A DNA stretch of 64,000 bases, taken from Eledone cirrhosa. Lineage: Eukaryota. Each line of letters opens with the position of its first letter. The stretch's first letter is position 1. The notes below the pieces were generated by a model. It was not told where the DNA came from. It did not search any database and saw nothing but the letters and a program-made list of their open reading frames with translations. The stretch lies in assembly GCA_964016885.1 (NCBI GenBank), contig OZ024743.1, forward strand, positions 49,724,001 to 49,788,000, given 5' to 3'. A program made the translations under genes and the position numbers. Shown here piece after piece: positions 55,252-64,000 of the stretch.

Positions 55252-55531
55252 TTGGTAGTGGTGATAGGCTGGTGGTGGTGGTGGTGGTGGTAGTGGTGGT
55301 GGTGGTGGTGGTGGTATTGGTGGTAGTAGTGGTGGTGGTATTGGTGGTGGTGGTAGTGGTGGTGGTAGGGTGGTGGTGGTGGTGGTAGTCGTTGTGGTGG
55401 TGGTGATGATAGTGGTGGTGGTAGTGGTGGTGGTATTGGTGGTGTTGATGGTGGTAGGGTGGTGGTGGTTGTGCTGGTGCTGGTGCTGGTGGTGGTGGAG
55501 GTTGTGGTAGTGGTGTTGGTAGTAGTAGTAA

Positions 55532-55577
<46 letters not shown>

Positions 55578-55584
55578 TGTAGTG

Positions 55585-55680
<96 letters not shown>

Positions 55681-55833
55681 ATAGTAGTAGTAGTAATAGT
55701 AGTAGTGGTAGTAGTAGTCGTAGTAGTTGTAGTAGATACTATAGTGACAACAGAAAGGACATGATCATTTTAACGACAAAAGCAACCACAACAATAATAA
55801 CAACAACAACGGTAGGAGCAATGAAAATGACGC

Positions 55834-55866
<33 letters not shown>

Positions 55867-55940
55867 CGATGATGATGATGGCTGTGGCGGTGACGGTGAT
55901 GATGATGATGATGGTAGTGATGATGGTGACGGTGATGACA
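55252..55940. repeat. (GGT)n/(GTA)n/(GAT)n compound microsatellite
   Basis: Triplet runs seen directly. Confidence 0.95.
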
Positions 55941-55994
55941 TGCTGCAGCTCCATGGAGCTATAAACGGAGAGAATCAGAGAAGAGTTTGATGGT

Positions 55995-56122
55995 TTAATA
56001 GCTGCTGTTCTATAGAATCAATAGATTAATAGCTGCTGTTCTATAGAATCGATAGATTAATAGCTGCTGTTCTATAGAATCGATAGATTAATAGCTGCTG
56101 TTCTATAGAATCGATAGATTAA
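55995..56122. repeat. 31-bp tandem repeat x4 (TTAATAGCTGCTGTTCTATAGAATCGATAGA)
   Basis: Four near-identical copies seen directly. Confidence 0.9.
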
Positions 56123-56281
56123 TGAGACGACAACAAATAATGCGAAACATCAAACATGAAATATGGTGGAAAGATTCGACATTAGAAAATAGCCAAGACA
56201 GACGATAAGAGGAGACCAGTCAATATGGCGGCAGAAACATGTATAACAGCAGCAGACACTTTCACTGCCCCTGCTCTCACT

Positions 56282-56320
<39 letters not shown>

Positions 56321-56342
56321 CACTGCGCGCACACGCACACAC

Positions 56343-56435
<93 letters not shown>

Positions 56436-56450
56436 CATACATACATACAT

Positions 56451-56790
56451 GGAGGCACATGGCTTAGTGGTTAGAGCATTGGCCTTGCAATCGAAAGGTT
56501 ATGAGTTCAATTCTCAGACCGGGTGATGTGTTGTTTCCTTGAGCAAGACACTTTATTTCCCATTGCTCCAGTTTACTCAGCTGTAGAAATGAGATGATAG
56601 GGACTGGGGTCCATATCATTCCACTGCAAAGTGGTCGTGGAGGTGCCACGGCAAAAAAGCACCCAGCACTCACTGTAAATGCGGTTGGTGTTAGGAAGGG
56701 CATCCAGCTGTAGAAATCAAGCCAGAATCAGTTCGTCCCACCCTTGCAAGCAGGGAAAAGTGGACGTAAAAATGAAATGAAAATGAAATG
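56451..56790 (+). mobile_element. SINE family B, full length, 3' module type 2
   Basis: GGAGGCACATGGCTTAGTGGTTAG, B box GAGTTCAATTC, CCTTGAGCAAGACACTT, TTAGGAAGGGCATCCAGCTGTAGAAA and an (AAATG)n tail. Confidence 0.88.
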
Positions 56791-56892
56791 AATACACATA
56801 CATATATACCTACTTATATATACTTTACGCATACACACACACACACGTGTATATACTTTACGCATATCCCCCCCCCACACACACACATACAT

Positions 56893-56952
<60 letters not shown>

Positions 56953-57115
56953 TATATATATATATACAGTATATATATATATCATAAATGTAATCTGAAT
57001 TTTTCGAATATTAATAACATTCGATTCGTTTGCAATTATGCAAACAAGCCTCAATTTTATAACCATGTCAGTAGAATGAACACTTCATTCTTGCTCTTAT
57101 GTTGGCATGTGAACA

Positions 57116-57165
57116 GAACTGCAGACACTAATGTTTCTGGGTATCACCCTTCATCAGTACAGCTC
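57116..57165 (-). ncRNA. Type I hammerhead ribozyme
   Basis: CUGUA-CUGAUGA-AGGGU(GAU)ACCCA-GAAA-CAU(UA)GUG-UC|UGCAG. Confidence 0.78.
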
Positions 57166-57372
57166 ACTGTTCACCTGCCAAACTGTTAGAGATAGTGAAA
57201 AACTCAGATTACAATTATTGTATTCAGCCAGGTAGAGCGAAATTTTCTTTTATATATATATACCTACTTTATATATACATATATATACTTTATGCATACA
57301 TATATATATATATATATGTATGTATACGTAAAGTGTATATACGTATATATATATATATACGTATATATACGG

Positions 57373-57448
<76 letters not shown>

Positions 57449-57791
57449 AATATATAAATATAAATATATATATGTGTGTCAATGTGTGTATATGCATATA
57501 TATATATATAAATACATATATGTATACACACACACATGTATGCACACACACACACACACAAATGTAGGCGCATGCGCGTGCATGTGTATGGCTCTATGTA
57601 TTTGATCAATATAATAGGCGGATATCACATTAAATTGCCAAGCAAGCATATAATCAGTGAAACAGACGACCAAGACAGTTCTCAGTAAAGATAACATGGA
57701 CGGTATGTATTTATGAGTGTTTGTGTATATATATATATATACATACATAGATACATGTACACATATACGTACACATATATACATAATTATA

Positions 57792-57882
<91 letters not shown>

Positions 57883-57914
57883 TTTAAGGTATCATAACGT
57901 CTTTTATATATATA

Positions 57915-58822
<908 letters not shown>

Positions 58823-58829
58823 ATCTATA

Positions 58830-59367
<538 letters not shown>

Positions 59368-59639
59368 ACAAATAGTGTGAACAAGAAAAAGAAAAGAGAA
59401 TACTCAGTATTATATTTATTGAAAGCTGAAAAACTTCATAAATAGTTACTCTGGGTTCCTCTTTTCTGATCTGCGATAGACTAGGATTAACAGAACAACA
59501 AATATATTTAAATCTGCAGACTCCCATATCTACCTCAACTTCACTTCTGTCCTCAGAGCTTAAGGGTGAATGTTACTGGAGGTGTTGGAGAGGGTTGTGA
59601 GGCATTGGATAGAGAGCATGATCAAATAAATACCATCCA

Positions 59640-60055
59640 CCTACCAACAAGGCTGTGCCATCTCATAAGGCCATGACAAAGAATGGATGAGTTACAATCT
59701 CCATGATCACGACACCTTCACCATAAGGCCCCCTAGTTTCCCAGACCTGAACCCTTTTGACTGCTACGTTTGGGGCATAATCGAGAAGGAAGCCAATCAA
59801 CGTCCCTATAACACTATAACATTCCTGAAGTCTGCCATAACTATCATAATGTCCAAAATAGATAAACTTCAGATTCGGGTATGTCAACGTTTCAGATCTC
59901 GTATTGATGTTAACGGTAGATTCTGTGAGTAGATGCATCAAGAAGAATCTTAAGATTATTCATGCCACTTTCTTCTCAAATAAATCTCTTTTTACAAGAT
60001 TTGTGCATCTTTTACTAAATACATGCAAATGTCCTCAACAGAGCAACCTTGTACA
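59640..60055 (+). pseudogene. Tc1/mariner transposase C-terminal relic
   Basis: QQGCAISH and PPSFPDLNPFDCYVWG..LKSAI resemble the QQDGAP.H and WPP.SPDLNP.D motifs. Confidence 0.75.
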
Positions 60056-60139
60056 AAAACATGGATTACTTATAATAACAGACATGTCCCAGAAGTTAGC
60101 TCCACTACGATAAGTATAAACACATTGATAGATTACTTA

Positions 60140-60319
60140 TAATTGTTTCTACTTTTGGCACAAGGCCAGCAATTACCCAGTGCATTACTGGTACTTTATT
60201 TTATCGACCCCGTAAGGATGAAAGGCAAAGTTAACCTCGGCGGGATTTGAACTCAGAATGGCAAGGGCCGTAACTCTATGCGTCAAAGCATGGCGTCCGA
60301 CCCTCTACTGATACTGCCA
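60140..60319 (-). mobile_element. SINE family A
   Basis: Near-consensus copy lacking the first few bases. Confidence 0.9.
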
Positions 60320-61363
60320 TGTTCATACTATCTCAGTCTTCTCTCCTGCATACTGACAGAAAGACAGGTTCTAGAAAATAGCTGTACTACGATATGTAAG
60401 TATTGTTCAGGCATTCCCACATTCCCATGTTCTCACATTCCCACATTCTCCCATTTCCACATTCTCATGTCCTCACACAGCATTTGTTAACTTTTATTGA
60501 CTCTTAACATCCTGTAACAATTCAGCAGAAAATATCTAAAACTGTATTTGTCAATTCAAATATTTACAATATCTTTACTAGTGGACAAATCGTTCGGAAA
60601 CTTTGTAATACTAAAGCAAAGATTTTAATTTTTAATGTGATGCGATCATAGTGCTGTTTTGTACGTCTCAAGAATGTATTTCTAATGCGGTTTCGTGTAG
60701 TACAGGAGGCTAAGAGTTGAAGCAGTGGGAAATATATTAGAACTATGTTGAAATACCAACACCATTTCATTACGCTACTATAAATTGTACTGTAAATTGA
60801 GAGTCAGCACATTCTACAGAAATGGAACAGTTTCTACATCTAGTATGTATCTACACAACATCAACAGGTAGATACAAAAGACTTTTACCTACATCTCATG
60901 ACCTCACGACACTTTTCCTTTCAAAACCTTCCAACATGTATAAAGAAAGATTCAACGCTTTATTTTTCATTCACTTAGCACGTCTTCTTTTATCCTAATT
61001 TCGTTACTTTAAAGAATAAAAATATCAATGATGAGAAAATAAGAAAGTAAAAATATGGCGCTGAACTTATCATTTGATTAAGATTTAAGTTTCGAAAAGA
61101 CATTTTCTACAAATGATGTTTCCTATAACCTAGATAATGTTCAAATATGGCGTCTTCAACTCTTGCTTTTCTTTCATTCATTTTAGAAATCATACACATC
61201 GTAATGGCGTTGTTGTTACATAAACACCATTACTGTTATATAATATAAATGTTATATATCTACATTAATGCTCACATCATACGCAATAGCTGGCGCATAT
61301 TGACAGAGGAACTCTTCTGTGTTGGGAGATACATCCTGTTTATTACCCCCTCTCTCTCACTCA

Positions 61364-61484
<121 letters not shown>

Positions 61485-62017
61485 CACACAAACACGTACC
61501 CATATATTATAAAATCTACGTCTTTACACGCAATATATCTTTCATCCTTTTTCTTACAACTCTCTATTTTCATTAACACACTCCCCCTCTCTCTTCTTAT
61601 GCCTCTCTCTCTGTACCCCTCTCTTCTTGTAGCCCTCCTCTCTGTCAGACATTCTCTCACACCCACACACGTATTGTGTGAATATCTATCAATGTGCTGT
61701 GTTAGTATAAATGTGTTACAAAGTGTTTGATAGATACATTCATGTGCACCCACAAACATATACATATATGTGTATATACATATATATACAAATGTATAAA
61801 GATATATTCTCAACCTCGCATACATTCACATACACACATACACACATACACACATACACACATACGCATATACACACATACACATATACACACGCACACA
61901 CGATGTTATAAGTATGCAGTGATATATGCCGATATATATTTACATAAATGCATATTAATATATGTGTATATATATGTATATTAATGTGTTCGTTTGTCTG
62001 TCTGTCTGTCTATGTGT

Positions 62018-62072
<55 letters not shown>

Positions 62073-62544
62073 TACACATTTGTGTATATATGTATATGTG
62101 GTTACACACAGATTTATATCTGGGTACAAATGACTATATGATAATAGTAATAAGCAATAGCAAAAACTGATGATTGTGATGATGATGATGATGATGATGT
62201 GAAGAAGAAGAAGAAGAAGAAGAAGAAGAAGAAGAAGAAGAAGAAGAAAAAGGAGGAGGAGAAATAACGGCTGTTTAAAAGAGAGTGAAGATTAGTTGAA
62301 ATGTTGAGTTATGTTTGTGAAGATATTGATTGAAATGTGTTGGAGCGGGATTAAGGGTGTGAAAGTCTCAGCTTTTACCGAAAAATGTTAAAATATAAAT
62401 ATATTACTCTGTTTACATATAAAAGAAGAGGGAAAGGATATATTCTTTTAATGCTACAATATTACAGAAAATGTAAAGGAAGGGGTGAACTACTGAGCCA
62501 ACACCAGAGCAAAAGACAGCAGCGAGGAGTACCGGGCAACCTCT

Positions 62545-62815
62545 CTAATGATATTTGAGACAAGCCAGCACACTAGCAGCGTTGCCTCGGGTGATGCGCT
62601 GGAACAACCAAGCGCCCTCGCGAGATTCGCCAGTTACCTCTATTAGGGGAGCTGCCAGTGAAGAGAGGAACCTCGCAGTCAGCGGCCCGATTTCCCCAAA
62701 CGTCTCGAAAGCCTCAAGCTGAAAAATGTAGCTGGCCGACAGATCACAGTATTTGAGGGTCTTACTCCGCTCGGCTGCGGAAGCTGTGGCTCTCGTCCTA
62801 ACCGCAGCAGTGGGA
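62545..62815 (-). pseudogene. CRE-like non-LTR element C-terminal fragment (restriction-like endonuclease end)
   Basis: AAERSKTLKY..FETFGEIGP..TGESREGAWLFQRI..RGNAASV. Confidence 0.75.
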
Positions 62816-63274
62816 AATATTTCTCGAGAATTGATTCTAACCAATTCTTTCCGGTAAACAGAACCAAAACTGGCGATTTTTCTTCTAATTTTTTACTGAA
62901 ATGCCAGGCATTACAGTAAAAGTGGACCAATATTGTCATTCATTGTCGAGTGTGTGTTATTTTATTCCTACTTGGGTCCACTGAAAACTTCATAGGCCGG
63001 ATTGGTGCTAGAGCTGTGAAATCTTGCATGTATTAATTTTCTGTTTCTTTCCAGATAAAAATAAACCTCATTTGGTCATTCCATGAGAGTATCTTGTATC
63101 ATTCCATGAGAGCAACATTGGGTCTGAAAGGTTAAATATACACAGAACCCAACTCCAATTGTGTGTCTGTCTGTGTGTGGGTGTATGTGTGTGTATGTGT
63201 GTGTGTCTGTGTGTGCGCGTGTATGTGCGTGTGTGTGTGTGTCTCTGTGTGTATCTGTGTGTGTGTGTGTCGTT

Positions 63275-63828
63275 ATGGTGGTGGTAGTGGTGGTGGTGGT
63301 TGTGGTGGTGGTGGTGGTAGTGGTGGTGGTTGTGGTGGTGGTTGTGGTGGTTGTGGTGGTTGTGATGGTGGTGGTGGTTGTGGTGGTTGTGGTGGTTGTG
63401 GTGGTTGTGGTGGTGGTGGTGGTGGTGGGGTGGAAGTTGTGGTTACGGATTTGGTGGTTGTCGTTGTGGTGGTGGTAGTGGTGGTAGTGGTGTGGTGGTA
63501 GTGGTGGTAGTGGTGGTGGTTGTGGTTATGGTTATGGTGGTGGTGGTGGTTGTGGTGGTTGTGGTGGTGGTGGTGGTGGGGTGGAAGTTGTGGTTACGGT
63601 TTTGGTGGTTGTCGTTGTGGTGGTGGTAGTGGTGGTAGTGGTGGTGGTCGTAGTGGTGGTAGTGGTGGTGGTTATGGTGGTGGTAGTGTTGGCTGTGGTG
63701 GTGGTGGTAGTGGTAGTGGTGGTGCGGTGGTAGTGGTAGTGGTAGTAATGGTGGTGGTGGTGGTAGTGGTAGTAGTAATGGTAGTGGTGGTAGTGGTAAT
63801 GGTGGTAGTGGTAATGGTGGTGGTGATG
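63275..63828. repeat. (GGT)n-based microsatellite with an internal duplication
   Basis: Triplet run in which GGGGTGGAAGTTGTGGTTACGG occurs twice. Confidence 0.93.
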
Positions 63829-64000
63829 CAAGTCGTTTACATTGCTAAATCGTTTCGTTCCAGACTGCCTGTGTAAATGGGAAAATTATGCAAAAAAGAA
63901 CCTTATTGAATTTTTAAAGCACCATTATTATCGTTGACAAGCGAATAGGAGTGGAAAGTGTTTTGATTTGAGCTGGCGTTTCCATAGAAGTGACACTTAG

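Noticed and set aside
56451-56525. tRNA gene
   Set aside because: The tRNA-like head continues into a SINE body and tail and lacks a full cloverleaf.
63161-63876. Gly/Cys-rich keratin-associated-like ORFs
   Set aside because: These are frames of a (GGT)n microsatellite adjoining (GT)n, with no signal peptide or splice support.

Overview
Eukaryotic, AT-rich, repeat-saturated DNA. The microsatellite load and SINE families look like those of an octopod cephalopod, which is an inference from sequence style only. No host protein-coding gene is confidently visible, and almost all ORFs in the track are translations of microsatellites or minisatellites. The window holds fragments of at least six retroelement clades (Penelope-like Naiad and Penelope/Neptune types, R4/Dong-like, CRE-like, Tx1-like, CR1/L2-like, RTE), two tRNA-derived SINE families, two non-autonomous Helitrons, a Tc1/mariner relic and several satellites with higher-order structure. 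The most notable signal is non-coding: about 18 type I hammerhead ribozyme motifs. Eight lie in a 2.6 kb head-to-head palindrome of apparently identical 310-bp units (46247-48822). It has two diverged relatives with the same inverted architecture (5.4-5.9 kb and 24.2-24.7 kb). This looks like a retrozyme-like family mobilised by Penelope-like elements, and hammerhead segments repeatedly sit beside an unclassified (TA)n-embedded hairpin element. All alignments and folds were done by eye, and coordinates of degraded elements are approximate.
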